The notes: generated by a model from the sequence alone, not told the origin. DNA of 64,000 nucleotides from an uncultured cyanobacterium (GCA_963706595.1 OY970166.1:2432001-2496000), one strand, 5' to 3'. Shown: positions 10,428 to 21,215, counted from the stretch's first letter. Made by a program: numbers and translations.

Positions 10428-11024
10428 TCAATTTTGGGATGAACTACCACTTGGTCTGGGGAAGGGTGCATCCACAAAACCCAATTCAAATAACTGCTGA
10501 TAGGCTTTCTTACCTAAATCCCGTGTGGGGTTTTGACTCTTAATAATCTGAACTAACAACGGGACGGCTAATTCTGGCTGATTTTGCGCTCGATGTACCA
10601 GTGCTAACTGATAGGTGGCTTCGTCGCGCTTTTGGGCGGTTTCTAAAGCTTTTTGACGCTGGGAATCGGAAACTCTCGTATCAATTCCTGTAAAGCTAGC
10701 GTTTAATTCTTGATAAAAATTAGATAATTGATTATAAACTTGACGGGCATCTTGGAGCTTCTTAGCTGCTAAGGGGTAGTTTTGAGCAGAAACGGCTTGA
10801 TCTGCCTCTTCCATCAGCCGTTGACCTCCCGCTATACTCAAAACGCTATTATTTTGGGCTGTAGGACGGAGAGTGTTGGGATCGTTGGGGTCAATGATTT
10901 GTACTTGACTATACATGGTGGGTAGTTTTTGTACCTGAGCATTGACTGGTGATAGCAGGCTAATAACTGCTATGAATGATAAGGAAGTCAGGCTAATGAA
11001 AGGGGGAACGGCGGCAGATTTCAT
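10428..11024 (-). CDS. Exported helical (TPR-like) hypothetical protein
   Basis: Probable ATG at 11024; signal-peptide-like N-terminus ending VNA-Q; helical repeats. Confidence 0.65.
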   Translation of the reverse strand: MKSAAVPPFISLTSLSFIAVISLLSPVNAQVQKLPTMYSQVQIIDPNDPNTLRPTAQNNSVLSIAGGQRLMEEADQAVSAQNYPLAAKKLQDARQVYNQLSNFYQELNASFTGIDTRVSDSQRQKALETAQKRDEATYQLALVHRAQNQPELAVPLLVQIIKSQNPTRDLGKKAYQQLFELGFVDAPFPRPSGSSSQN

Positions 11025-11197
11025 GGGGTCAAGTATTGCGACAACTAGATAGAAAAGGAATGGAAACTTCGGGTATCTTAACTCTGTTTTTGTCTTTAAC
11101 AAAACAAAGTGACATACTGAAGTTTCTCTGATTGAGACTGAAATTTGTGGTAATAGAGTTCCCATTGCTTGTGTATACCAACTAACTCAAATCGCCC

Positions 11198-13303
11198 ATG
11201 ATGAACGATGATGCTAATTCCTCTGATTTTCCAAACACAGGCGTACCAGCAAGCAGTTTGGGAATGATTTTACAACGTGGTGGTGAAGAATTAATTTTAG
11301 AAAAGGTTCTAGACCGTTTCACCGTCCGACCCACAACCGAATTTACTTCCCAACAATTATCTCAGGTTCTTTGGGGCTTTTGGCAACGGAGTATTCCCCA
11401 AGCACATTTAGAACTGTTCACAGTTGTACCCGGACAGTTAGAGTCGGCGATGTCTCAAGCACGGGCGGCTGAGAATGTGGCTTTTGCTGGTCATGTTTAC
11501 ACAATTAAAGATAATCCGGGAACTTTCGTTTACTTGAATGACCAAGTTACGATTCAATTTGCCTCTGGGGTAGATGCTGCCAGAATTGAGGCGATCGCTG
11601 CTAGTTTTGGCTTAGTTAAACAAAAACCCGTCCAGGGTATTCCCAACACTTTTGTGTTTCTAGTCAGCAAACAAGCCAGCGAAAATCCCATCAAAATTAC
11701 TAATCAGTTGCAAGGGTTATCCGAGGTGTTAGCAGCTGAACCGAATATCCTCGTTAAAGGTGAATCACATTACAGACCCCGTGATACCATGTATTCTCAG
11801 CAATGGTATCTTGACCACAAGGGCGGTAAGCAGTTAGTCGCGGGTTCTCATATTTCTGTGGAAGCAGCTTGGGATATGACTCGCGGTGTGCGTTCTGTGG
11901 TTGTGGCCGTAGTGGATGATTCTTTTGACTTGAACCATCCAGATTTGCAAGGTAGTGGCAAAATTGTTGCTCCTAGAGATTTAAGGAAAAATGGCTTTTT
12001 ACCTATACCGGGTGAAAAAGAAACCAGTCATGGAACCGCTTGTGCAGGGCTTGCTATTGCTGAGGAAAATGGCACGGGAATTGTCGGAGTGGCTCCTGGT
12101 TGTGCATTGATGCCGATTCGTAGTACTGGTTTTCTGGATGATGAATCTATTGAGGATATGTTCAATCATGCTCTGGAGAAGGGAGCCAGTGTAATTTCTT
12201 GTAGCTGGGGAGCTTCTGCTGTGTATTTTCCCTTGTCTTTGCGCCAACGGGCGGCTATTACTCGCGCTGCGACTACAGGACGTAACGGTAAAGGTTGCGT
12301 GGTTTTGTTTGCGGCGGGAAATGCTAACCGACCGATTAACGGTACTGTGTTTGAGCGCAATTGGCCGGGAAATCTGTTACAAGGTAATACAAATTGGTTA
12401 AGTGGATTTCCCATACATCCAGATGTAATTGCGGTTGCGGCTTCTACTAGCTTGAATAAAAAAGCTGCTTATAGTAATTGGGGAACGAATATTGCTCTGT
12501 GTGCGCCGAGTAATAACGCCCCACCAGGATTATCATTTCAGGGTCGGGGCTTTATGAATACACAGCCTGCGATCGCCACTTCTCTTCTCGGACGTGGAGT
12601 CTTAACTACTGACCAAATAGGAACCGCAGGTTTTGATCCTGGTGATTTTACCAATAGTTTCGGCGGCACTTCCAGCGCAACTCCCATAGTCGCAGGTGTG
12701 GCAGCATTAGTTTTGTCAGTAAATCCTGACTTAACGGCGCAACAAGTCAAGTTTATTCTGGAAGAAACTGCGGATAAGATTATTGACCCTGATCCTGACC
12801 CCCAATTAGGAATGCGAGAAGGGACTTATAACAGTAATGGACATTCTCAATGGTTTGGCTATGGCAAAGTCAATGCGGCTAAGGCAGTGCAAGCCGCCCA
12901 GAAACTACGCAATTCTGTGTTATCTGCCAGTAAACAAGTCAGGGGAGAGAATTCCCGTTCGTTAAGTATTCCAGACAATAATTTACAGGGAGTTAAAAGT
13001 GCGATCGCTATTAACGAATCCAGCACTATTAAAGATATTCAAATCACAGTTAACATCACCCATGATTTTCTAGGCGATTTAGAAATTTATTTAATAGCTC
13101 CGAATAATCAACAGGTGTTATTACAAAACCGGACTTTAGGCCGCCGCACTAATTTACAAACAACCTATACAATTGCGTCGCACCCGCCACTTAAACGGTT
13201 ACTTTCTCTTTCTGCTAGAGGAAGTTGGCAGTTATGGTTAATCGACTATGCCCAGCAAGATGTAGGAAAACTCAATAGTTGGTCATTGGTCATTGGTCAT
13301 TAG
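11198..13303 (+). CDS. S8 subtilisin-like serine protease with C-terminal P-proprotein domain
   Basis: Catalytic triad motifs VAVVDD, HGTACAG, GGTSSATP; C-terminal ITHDFLGDLEIYL...GSWQLWLID. Confidence 0.92.
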   Translation: MMNDDANSSDFPNTGVPASSLGMILQRGGEELILEKVLDRFTVRPTTEFTSQQLSQVLWGFWQRSIPQAHLELFTVVPGQLESAMSQARAAENVAFAGHVYTIKDNPGTFVYLNDQVTIQFASGVDAARIEAIAASFGLVKQKPVQGIPNTFVFLVSKQASENPIKITNQLQGLSEVLAAEPNILVKGESHYRPRDTMYSQQWYLDHKGGKQLVAGSHISVEAAWDMTRGVRSVVVAVVDDSFDLNHPDLQGSGKIVAPRDLRKNGFLPIPGEKETSHGTACAGLAIAEENGTGIVGVAPGCALMPIRSTGFLDDESIEDMFNHALEKGASVISCSWGASAVYFPLSLRQRAAITRAATTGRNGKGCVVLFAAGNANRPINGTVFERNWPGNLLQGNTNWLSGFPIHPDVIAVAASTSLNKKAAYSNWGTNIALCAPSNNAPPGLSFQGRGFMNTQPAIATSLLGRGVLTTDQIGTAGFDPGDFTNSFGGTSSATPIVAGVAALVLSVNPDLTAQQVKFILEETADKIIDPDPDPQLGMREGTYNSNGHSQWFGYGKVNAAKAVQAAQKLRNSVLSASKQVRGENSRSLSIPDNNLQGVKSAIAINESSTIKDIQITVNITHDFLGDLEIYLIAPNNQQVLLQNRTLGRRTNLQTTYTIASHPPLKRLLSLSARGSWQLWLIDYAQQDVGKLNSWSLVIGH

Positions 13304-13359
13304 TCATTCGTCATTGGTCATTAGTCATTAGTCATTAGTCATTGGTCATTAGTCATTGG
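13283..13359. repeat. Heptamer tandem repeat (TCATT[G/A]G)n, STRR type
   Basis: About 11 units; overlaps the last codons of the protease and fills the convergent intergenic gap. Confidence 0.9.
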
Positions 13360-14118
13360 TTATTTATCTGATGAATTTGCCAGCATTTCTGATTTTTGAC
13401 CGCTTAATTGTTGGAGAACTAATGCTAAATCTGAGGTGAGGTTTTGGGCATTTTGTTTTACTTGTCCAGCAGTGTAATCTGATACATTTAGTGCGGTTCC
13501 AATATTAATTTTTACACCAGTACCCCACTGAGGATAAGGTTGGCTGTATTTGATACTCACGGGTAGGATTTTTACCTCCAATCCTGGCTGACTAGATTCA
13601 GCACTCAAAGACAAACGCGCAATTCCTGGTTTTAACGGGTGAAGTTGGCCATCGCGATAAATATTACCTTCTGGAAAAATAACTAATATTTCACCTTGTT
13701 GAAGTAATTCCACAGCATGACGGAGAGTAGTAATGGCTGGACGTTGAGGATCTACGGGAAACCCTCCCATACTTCTAACTAACCAGCCTTGCAGTCCTTG
13801 GCACTCATTGATAGTTACCATAAATCGCAGGTCTCGCCCTGTCACACAGCGACCAGTCGCATAGGGCAGAACTAATGAGTCCCAACGTGACCGATGGGTA
13901 GGCGCGAGAATCACAGGGCCAGTTAAAGGAATATTTTCCTGTCCGGTGATTTCAATTTGTCGAAAAAATAATGGTAAAAGAACGTGCCGTCCAAATAAAT
14001 ATAATAAAGGACTTAACCAAGGAGACACCCGCGAAGTAGTATGAGCTACTTTAGTATTTACTTTAGTACTGACTGGTGTTTGTTGGCAGGTTTGATTAGA
14101 AGTATAAATTTCCATCAT
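13360..14118 (-). CDS. Lysophospholipid acyltransferase (PlsC family)
   Basis: HRSRWD (HX4D) and IFPEG motifs. Confidence 0.88.
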   Translation of the reverse strand: MMEIYTSNQTCQQTPVSTKVNTKVAHTTSRVSPWLSPLLYLFGRHVLLPLFFRQIEITGQENIPLTGPVILAPTHRSRWDSLVLPYATGRCVTGRDLRFMVTINECQGLQGWLVRSMGGFPVDPQRPAITTLRHAVELLQQGEILVIFPEGNIYRDGQLHPLKPGIARLSLSAESSQPGLEVKILPVSIKYSQPYPQWGTGVKINIGTALNVSDYTAGQVKQNAQNLTSDLALVLQQLSGQKSEMLANSSDK

Positions 14119-14216
14119 GATGGTAGCTGCTGGCTGTTGTTTTAAATATAATTAACCTTGACTTAGTTACACCGTAGTTTTTCTTTGGGGAATTGTGTTG
14201 GAGCTATTGGACAGTT

Positions 14217-14711
14217 TTATTTCTGTCTGTGATTGTTTTGCCGACGAGTTGCAAACCAAGTTTGTAATTGCTGACGACAAGTTGATTCTAAAATGCCTCC
14301 CATGACTCGCAGGCGATGGTTAGAAGCAGCACCATCAGGGATGTTGGTAACAGTACGAACTGCGCCAGTTTTCGGATCGTCCACGCCATAGATCAACATT
14401 CCTAGACGTGCTTGGACAATAGCACCTGCACACATCGGACAAGGTTCTAGGGTGACGTACAGGGTGCATTGATTTAAGCGCCAATTGTGTAAACTTTGAG
14501 CAGCCGCTCGCAGGGCGATGATTTCTGCGTGGGCTGTGGGGTCTTGGTTACGTTCTTTGCGGTTTTCGCCTGACGCAATCAAATTTCCACCCGCATCAAT
14601 AATCACAGCCCCCACAGGAACTTCACCAGCATCGCCGGCGATTTGTGCTAGCTCTAGGGCGCGACTCATCCATTGTCGATGAAGCAGATATTCTGGATAT
14701 TCGATGAGCAT
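14217..14711 (-). CDS. tadA: tRNA adenosine(34) deaminase
   Basis: GEVPVGA, HAE and LEPCPMC motifs. Confidence 0.93.
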   Translation of the reverse strand: MLIEYPEYLLHRQWMSRALELAQIAGDAGEVPVGAVIIDAGGNLIASGENRKERNQDPTAHAEIIALRAAAQSLHNWRLNQCTLYVTLEPCPMCAGAIVQARLGMLIYGVDDPKTGAVRTVTNIPDGAASNHRLRVMGGILESTCRQQLQTWFATRRQNNHRQK

Positions 14712-14733
14712 TTTTCTCCGCCCTCAAATCCAA

Positions 14734-15042
14734 CTATGAACTGGCTAAAAGTGGGTCGAGTTGAGCTTTGGTATCTAGCTGATACAGATCATCACAACCC
14801 CCAATATGTTGATTATTGATGAAAATCTGTGGTACTGAACGGCGATTATTGGCACGTTCGGCCATTTTGGCTCTGGCTGCTTCGTCGCCATCGATTTTGT
14901 ATTCGGTGAATTTTACACCTTTCCACCACAGCAACATCTTGGCACGGATGCAATAAGGGCAGGTTTGCCAAGTGTAGATTTCCACATTGGCTTTGACGCG
15001 TTCTGGGTGGCGACCGAAAAGAGAGTTGAGAACATTCAGCAT
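14734..15042 (-). CDS. grxC: Dithiol glutaredoxin 3
   Basis: CPYC, SVPQIFI and IGGCDDL. Confidence 0.9.
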   Translation of the reverse strand: MLNVLNSLFGRHPERVKANVEIYTWQTCPYCIRAKMLLWWKGVKFTEYKIDGDEAARAKMAERANNRRSVPQIFINNQHIGGCDDLYQLDTKAQLDPLLASS

Positions 15043-15358
15043 ATTTTTTCTTATGGAGTTTTGTTAATTATTTCTAGGGTAGATGATCCAGGATGGAGTT
15101 AACAAAGCATAGCTATAGCAGCCAATTGGGGCGATCGCCCGATGGCAGTACTAGTAAACTAGATATAAGGATGACGGTATTTATCGGGGAAAAATTACGG
15201 TAATTGTCATTATGGCGGGAATGATTGGCATTAAGTAGCAAAACTTAACACATCTGTTAGTAGATAGTATTTCCCACGTGTATCCGCCCTTTGGTAGACT
15301 TGAAGACTGAAATAGCCAGATAAAAAGACATAAGTCAAGCAGTTTAGAGGGTGACTCT

Positions 15359-16396
15359 GTGGAAAATACACTTGGATTAGAGATTATTGAAGTAGTAGAG
15401 CAAGCTGCGATCGCTTCCTCAAAGTGGATGGGCAAAGGCGAAAAGAACATTGCTGACCAAGTAGCAGTGGAAGCCATGCGGGAGCGGATGAACAAAATCT
15501 ATATGCGCGGACGCATTGTGATTGGTGAAGGCGAACGCGACGAAGCGCCGATGCTCTACATTGGGGAAGAAGTGGGTATTTGTACCCAACCAGATGCCAA
15601 AAACTTCTGTAACCCTGATGAATTAATTGAAATTGACATTGCTGTTGACCCTTGCGAAGGCACCAACTTGGTTGCTTACGGTCAAAATGGCTCCATGGCA
15701 GTTTTGGCAATTTCCGAAAAAGGTGGTTTATTTGCTGCGCCTGACTTCTACATGAAGAAACTGGCAGCCCCAGCCCCCGCCAAAGGTTTGGTAGACATTA
15801 ACAAGTCTGCTACTGAAAACCTGAAAATCCTCTCTGAGTGCTTAAACCGTTCTGTAGAAGAATTGGTAGTTGTGGTCATGGATCGTCCCCGCCACGAAGA
15901 ACTGATTAAGGAAATTCGCACCGCCGGCGCGAGAGTCCGACTAATCAGCGATGGTGACGTTTCTGCTGCCATCTCCTGCGCTTTTGGTGGTACTAATATC
16001 CACGCGTTGATGGGTATCGGTGCTGCACCAGAAGGAGTCATCTCAGCTGCGGCTATGCGCTGCTTGGGAGGACATTTCCAAGGGCAATTGATCTATGATC
16101 CAGCAGTTGTGCAAACAGGCTTGATTGGCGAAAGCAGAGAAGGCAACCTCGCCCGGTTGAAGGAAATGGGCATCAATGACCCCGATAAGGTTTACGATGC
16201 TAACGAATTAGCCTCTGGCGAAACAGTTCTATTTGCTGCTTGCGGTATTACTCCCGGCACTCTCATGAACGGTGTCCGCTTCTTCAACGGTGGTGCAAGG
16301 ACTCAAAGCTTGGTTATTTCCAACCAGTCTAAGACAGCCCGTTTTGTTGATAGTATCCATTTGTTTGACGATCCCAAGAATCTGCAATTGCATTAG
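15359..16396 (+). CDS. glpX: Class II fructose-1,6-/sedoheptulose-1,7-bisphosphatase
   Basis: [23 protein letters not shown] and DGDV motifs. Confidence 0.97.
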   Translation: MENTLGLEIIEVVEQAAIASSKWMGKGEKNIADQVAVEAMRERMNKIYMRGRIVIGEGERDEAPMLYIGEEVGICTQPDAKNFCNPDELIEIDIAVDPCEGTNLVAYGQNGSMAVLAISEKGGLFAAPDFYMKKLAAPAPAKGLVDINKSATENLKILSECLNRSVEELVVVVMDRPRHEELIKEIRTAGARVRLISDGDVSAAISCAFGGTNIHALMGIGAAPEGVISAAAMRCLGGHFQGQLIYDPAVVQTGLIGESREGNLARLKEMGINDPDKVYDANELASGETVLFAACGITPGTLMNGVRFFNGGARTQSLVISNQSKTARFVDSIHLFDDPKNLQLH

Positions 16397-16402
16397 GAAT
16401 TT

Positions 16403-16630
16403 AGGGGAGTAGGGAGTAGGGAATGGGGAATGGGGCGTGGGGACTGGGTATTGGGGACTGGGTATTGGGTATTGGGTATTGGGTATTGGGGACTGTGTAT
16501 TTAGATGGAGAATTTTCTCCCCTGCTCCCTGCTCCCTGCTCCCCTGCTTCTTCTCCCCTGCTCCCTGCTCCCTTTCCTCTTCTCCTGATACCTATCGAAA
16601 ATAATCAATAATCAATAATCAATAATCAAT
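16403..16630. repeat. Cluster of short tandem repeats (GGGGAGTA/GGGTATT, CCCCTGCT, ATCAATA)
   Basis: Arrays visible directly between glpX and hemA. Confidence 0.85.
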
Positions 16631-16649
16631 TACCAATTAACGATAAATA

Positions 16650-17936
16650 ATGAATATTGCAGTGGTGGGGTTAAGCCATAAAACAGCCCCAGTTGAAGTC
16701 CGGGAAAAGCTGAGTATTCCAGAAACACAAGCTGAAAGTGCGATCGCTCATCTGAGCAGCTATCCCCATATTGACGAAGTAGCAATACTTAGCACTTGCA
16801 ACCGCCTGGAAATTTACATTGTTACCAGTGAAACCGAGCAAGGTATTAGAGAAATTACTCAGTTTCTTTCGGAACACAGCAAACTACCTGTACAGTCTTT
16901 GCGTCAACACTTGTTTATGTTGCTCCATGATGATGCTGTGATGCACATCATGCGGGTGGCGGCTGGGTTAGATAGCTTAGTTCTCGGAGAAGGTCAAATT
17001 CTGGCTCAGGTGAAAAATACTCACAAACTGGGACAGCAATATAATGGTATAAAAACAGTTCTGAATCGATTATTTAAACAAGCGCTGACAGCTGGTAAAC
17101 GGGTGCGGACTGAAACCAATATTGGTACTGGTGCTGTTTCTATCAGTTCGGCAGCTGTGGAGTTGGCACAAATGAAGGCGGCTAATTTAGCAGCTTGTCG
17201 AGTCGCAATTATCGGCGCTGGCAAAATGTCCCGTTTGTTGGTACAACACTTGGTTTCTAAAGGCGCTGCCCAAATCAGTATTGTCAATCGTTCTCAAGAA
17301 CGCGCCCAGCAATTGGCAAAACTTTATCCCGAACAGTCTATATATACTCACACTCTATCCGAAATGATGGCGGTGATTGCCGAAAGTGATTTAGTATTTA
17401 CTAGCACTTCGGCAACTGAGCCAATACTTGATCGCGCCAAGTTAGAAACAGTGCTAGAGTCTAATCGCTCTTTGATGCTATTTGATATTTCTGTGCCGCG
17501 TAATGTCCATAGTGATGTGAATGAATTGGCAAATGTGCAAGCCTTTAATGTGGACGATTTGAAGGCTGTGGTGGCGCAGAACCACGAAAGTCGCCGTAAA
17601 ATGGCGCAGGAAGCCGAGAAGCTATTAGATGAAGAAGTGGAAGCTTTTGAGATTTGGTGGCGATCGCTCGAAACTGTCTCTACAATTAGTTGTCTGCGAA
17701 ATAAAATTGAAACCATCCGCGAACAAGAATTAGAAAAAGCTTTGTCGCGCTTGGGTTCGGAATTTGCGGAAAAACATCAAGAAGTAATTGAAGCTTTAAC
17801 AAGAGGTATTGTCAATAAAATCTTACATGATCCGATGGTGCAGTTACGAGCGCAGCAGGATGTGGAAGCGAGACGACACTGTATGCAAACCCTGCAAACG
17901 TTATTTAATTTAGATGCAGGCGAGCAATTTAGCTAA
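16650..17936 (+). CDS. hemA: Glutamyl-tRNA reductase
   Basis: [30 protein letters not shown] and GAGKM. Confidence 0.97.
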   Translation: MNIAVVGLSHKTAPVEVREKLSIPETQAESAIAHLSSYPHIDEVAILSTCNRLEIYIVTSETEQGIREITQFLSEHSKLPVQSLRQHLFMLLHDDAVMHIMRVAAGLDSLVLGEGQILAQVKNTHKLGQQYNGIKTVLNRLFKQALTAGKRVRTETNIGTGAVSISSAAVELAQMKAANLAACRVAIIGAGKMSRLLVQHLVSKGAAQISIVNRSQERAQQLAKLYPEQSIYTHTLSEMMAVIAESDLVFTSTSATEPILDRAKLETVLESNRSLMLFDISVPRNVHSDVNELANVQAFNVDDLKAVVAQNHESRRKMAQEAEKLLDEEVEAFEIWWRSLETVSTISCLRNKIETIREQELEKALSRLGSEFAEKHQEVIEALTRGIVNKILHDPMVQLRAQQDVEARRHCMQTLQTLFNLDAGEQFS

Positions 17937-17959
17937 ATTATGGGACATGGGGAATCAAA

Positions 17960-18346
17960 TTAACTATCCCTTTGTCCCTTTGTCCCCCAATTTCTACTCC
18001 CCAATTGTGATAACTCTTGGGTTTGTTCTTGCAGTCGGACGGACAGGCGATAGCTTCGCTCGCCAAGGGCATCGCACACTAAATCACACAACTGAAATAA
18101 AATCGGATCAGCTATTTCATAAATTACACTGACTCCCTCTGGTGTTCTTTTAACAATACCAGCTTGTGCTAAAACTTTGAGATGCTTGGATACGTTGGCT
18201 TGTCCTAGTCCAGTCTCCGTAATAATTTCGGTAACATTTTTAGCACCAGTTTTTAAACAACATAATACTTGTAGGCGACTGACTTCCGACAAGACTTTGA
18301 AATAATCTGCAACTTGGCTGAGGGCGCTGGGAAATATCTCTGACAT
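17960..18346 (-). CDS. ArsR/SmtB family transcriptional regulator
   Basis: FKVLSEVSRLQVL...QANVSKHLKVL helix-turn-helix; several Cys residues. Confidence 0.9.
   Translation of the reverse strand: MSEIFPSALSQVADYFKVLSEVSRLQVLCCLKTGAKNVTEIITETGLGQANVSKHLKVLAQAGIVKRTPEGVSVIYEIADPILFQLCDLVCDALGERSYRLSVRLQEQTQELSQLGSRNWGTKGQRDS
18050..18070. mobile_element. 21-nt small dispersed repeat inserted into a HIP1 site inside the ArsR gene
   Basis: GCG|ATAGCTTCGCTCGCCAAGGGC|ATCGC; removing the insert restores GCGATCGC and keeps the frame. Confidence 0.75.
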
Positions 18347-18382
18347 AGAACAATAAATATTGTTTGGTTTTTAGGTTGATTA

Positions 18383-18408
18383 TTCTACTATATAGCAATA
18401 TAGTAGAA
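18383..18408. promoter_or_regulatory. Perfect 11-4-11 inverted repeat, probable ArsR operator
   Basis: TTCTACTATAT-AGCA-ATATAGTAGAA between the divergent arsR and rhodanese genes. Confidence 0.6.
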
Positions 18409-18606
18409 AGGTTGGTTCTGCTTGGGTTTTGACAAAGGTCTCATAAATTCATCTTTAAACGCCGATGAACGCCGATAAACGCCGATAAATACCGAATATG
18501 CCTCTAAAGCTATGACCAATCGGTTTTTAATGGTACAAGTCCCTTTATCTGTGGAATCAATTAAAAATCTAAAATCTAAAATCTAAAATCTAAAATCTAA
18601 AATTGT

Positions 18607-19143
18607 ATGACTCCTGAAACTAAGTTACAATTAATTGATGCTTCCACTGTCAAAAGCTGGACTGAAACAGAAAAAGTGCATCTGATAGATGTGCGGGAAC
18701 CTTCCGAATATGCAGCAGAACATATTCCAGGTGCTAAACTTTTACCCCTTTCTCAATTCCAACCTGAACAAGTACCTTTTCAGCGTAATACGAAAGTGGT
18801 GCTTTATTGCCAATCGGGAAATCGCTCTAACCAAGCCGCACAAAAACTGATGAATGCGGGATTTTCAGATTTTGCTCAATTACAAGGGGGAATTATATCC
18901 TGGAAACAGTTAAATTATCCCACTAAAATTAATAAAGATGCTCCCATTAGTTTAATGAGACAAGTGCAAATTGTGGCTGGTTCATTAGTATTTACCGGAA
19001 CTATTTTGGGTGCTTTTGTTTCGCCTTGGTTTTTAATTTTAAGTGGCTTTGTGGGCGCAGGTTTAGTATTTGCTGGAGTCAGTAACACTTGTGCTATGGG
19101 AATGTTATTAGCGAAATTACCATACAATCAACGTATTAAATGA
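18607..19143 (+). CDS. Rhodanese-domain membrane protein (YgaP/DUF2892-like)
   Basis: IDVREPSEY, HIPGA, YCQSGNRS; C-terminal RQVQIVAG...GLVFAGVSNTC transmembrane region. Confidence 0.9.
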   Translation: MTPETKLQLIDASTVKSWTETEKVHLIDVREPSEYAAEHIPGAKLLPLSQFQPEQVPFQRNTKVVLYCQSGNRSNQAAQKLMNAGFSDFAQLQGGIISWKQLNYPTKINKDAPISLMRQVQIVAGSLVFTGTILGAFVSPWFLILSGFVGAGLVFAGVSNTCAMGMLLAKLPYNQRIK

Positions 19144-19365
19144 TTCACCTCTTTAATAGCTTCTTAGTTTTTAATAATTCTCATACAAGAGAAAAGAGGG
19201 AGTTATTTAATCAACCTTGTAAAATCAATCGCAAAATCTTTGAGTTGTCAAGTCACTTAATTGGTGTGAGGTTCAAGTTGGTTGCACATCAAGGTTAACA
19301 TTTAAAAATGTAAATTTTCATATCTTTCCATAAAAAATATTCGTTCATGATTGGAAGTAAAACTT

Positions 19366-19749
19366 CTAACCACCATATAATTCTATTAACTCTAACTTTA
19401 CGGTATTTTTACCATAATTAGCAACTAAAATAAATAACTTCAACCATTGAGAACCTAATAAAATTTCCTGTATTTCATCTCCAGCGAATACAGAAACTTC
19501 AAACTCTTGACCATCTAGGATTACCCTACCGCTATAAACATCAAATTCAGTTTCACCTTGAGCAGTTCTTAATTTATCTTGACCTAAAAAAGTCCAATCT
19601 AGACTTTCTATATCCTGTTTATTCATTGCTAAAAATTCAGTAAATCCTGTATCTAACATTGTTTCTACAGGAAAACTGAAATTCTCTCCACCAATTAAAT
19701 CAACTTCAAAATAAATTTGTCCATTTTCTCCAAATCTTCCCTCAATCAT
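19366..19749 (-). CDS. Clan AA (retropepsin-like) aspartic protease
   Basis: MLDTGFT catalytic motif, TAQG flap and ILLG motif. Confidence 0.8.
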   Translation of the reverse strand: MIEGRFGENGQIYFEVDLIGGENFSFPVETMLDTGFTEFLAMNKQDIESLDWTFLGQDKLRTAQGETEFDVYSGRVILDGQEFEVSVFAGDEIQEILLGSQWLKLFILVANYGKNTVKLELIELYGG

Positions 19750-20063
19750 ATTCTGCCACTAACTCCCGTTTCATTAATGCCAAAAATATGATGAATCACA
19801 TTAGGGTACTTTTCTCTCGCCATTTTACTTGCTACTTCTTTATCCTCATCAATGAAATAATCACCGCTATCAGGCTCAATGGCAATGTACCAACCATAGT
19901 ATTTATCTAGTATTTCTGGTTTTAAACGCTCAAAAATTACCCAGCAACGTTCATAAAATGCCTGTCTTCTCGCTCTATCTTGAGCTTTTTGTGCTTCTGT
20001 CCATTGAATTTCAGGAAATACTCTCCCACGTCTGACAATTCTCTCTGATGGACTTTGCGTCAT
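19746..20063 (-). CDS. Small protein coupled to the aspartic protease (DUF5678-like)
   Basis: YYGWYIAIEPDSGDYFID; ATGA overlap with the protease; paralogue at 26063. Confidence 0.7.
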   Translation of the reverse strand: MTQSPSERIVRRGRVFPEIQWTEAQKAQDRARRQAFYERCWVIFERLKPEILDKYYGWYIAIEPDSGDYFIDEDKEVASKMAREKYPNVIHHIFGINETGVSGRI

Positions 20064-20162
20064 ATTTTTTACCTCAATATAATTATTGTCTCTACACTAT
20101 TATAAAACATCCTCATTATTTTAGAGCGATCGCGTGGAGTGCAGCACTGGGGGGGTCAAATT

Positions 20163-20762
20163 TCAACCCAATACACCTTGACACAAAATACCTAAAATCT
20201 TGTTCAACTCCTTAATATAGTAATTATTCAAATCAATAAATATCTCTGTTCCTTCTAACTTTAAAAACTTCCAAATATCTCCTGTTGTTACCGCACCATA
20301 AATTGTTTTTATTTCGTTACCTTCCAGTTCATTAAACAACTGTGCTGCTAACATTGCTGCTGCACATTGACCCAAACCACCTTTAATATTTTCATTTTTA
20401 GCTTCTACAATAATTACTACAGGAGCATTAATTGTTAACTGTTCCTTAGAACGACTGATAACAAAATCACAATAACTATTTAAACCTTTCTCAACATCAA
20501 CATTAAAATCTGTACCAGAAAATAAACTAATTTGATAATTAGCTTTACGCCTAACTTCTAATAAAATTGGCGTAATAATCATTTCTGAGCGTGCTTTTTC
20601 TGTATTTATTGCTAATGCTAGTTCCGTAGTTTCTTCTAAAGTGTTAGTTAACTTTTCACTGATTTCTATAGGTTCTACAGTAGCAAATAAATCAGCTTTT
20701 TCATCAATTGTAATGTTAAATTTTTTCCTAAACTTAGTTAAGTTAAAATCACTATAAGCCAT
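20163..20762 (-). CDS. PD-(D/E)XK-fold protein of the expanded cyanobacterial 'MAYSDF' type
   Basis: TEKARSE...CDFVIS...IVEAK...GQC...YGAVTTGDIWKFL. Confidence 0.7.
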   Translation of the reverse strand: MAYSDFNLTKFRKKFNITIDEKADLFATVEPIEISEKLTNTLEETTELALAINTEKARSEMIITPILLEVRRKANYQISLFSGTDFNVDVEKGLNSYCDFVISRSKEQLTINAPVVIIVEAKNENIKGGLGQCAAAMLAAQLFNELEGNEIKTIYGAVTTGDIWKFLKLEGTEIFIDLNNYYIKELNKILGILCQGVLG

Positions 20763-20803
20763 TGCTCTTACCTTATTATTTTTAACAGTTTATCTAAAAT
20801 TTA

Positions 20804-21215
20804 ATATTCTTTCAGGAGAACCAATATCAACACATAATATTGATGAAGAACTATATAGAAATATATAGTTTGGGTGATCATAATGAAATATAAGTCTATT
20901 TTTATAGATACTTGGGGATGGTTAGCTTTAGGACATCGTAAAGATAATTATCATCAATCCGTCAAAGAACTTTATTGTCAATTAAAACAACAAAAGACTT
21001 TGATATATACCAGTGATTATGTTTTAGATGAATTAATTTCTTTATTATTTAAAAGAGAAAACTTTCAAGAGGCTACAACTTTTATTGAAGGTATCATGCA
21101 ATCCGCCGAATTAGGTAATTTGCAAATTGAACAGGTGACAATTGATAAATTTAAATTAGCTTATGAATTAAGAAAAAAATTAAACGATAAACCTTATATA
21201 GCGGTTATCAGTTAA
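20804..21215 (+). pseudogene. Broken toxin-antitoxin pair: antitoxin 3' remnant plus C-terminally truncated PIN toxin
   Basis: Remnant NILSGEPISTHNIDEELYRNI* precedes the PIN N-terminus (IFIDTWGW, TSDYVLDE); the PIN ORF runs into a MITE at 21197 before its last acidic motifs. Confidence 0.65.

Noticed and set aside
13283..13359. Tandem repeat arrays here and at 16403-16630, 18565-18602 and 33176-33290 as a possible CRISPR array
   Set aside because: The units are 7-8 nt with no unique spacers and there are no cas genes; these are ordinary Nostocales short tandem repeats.
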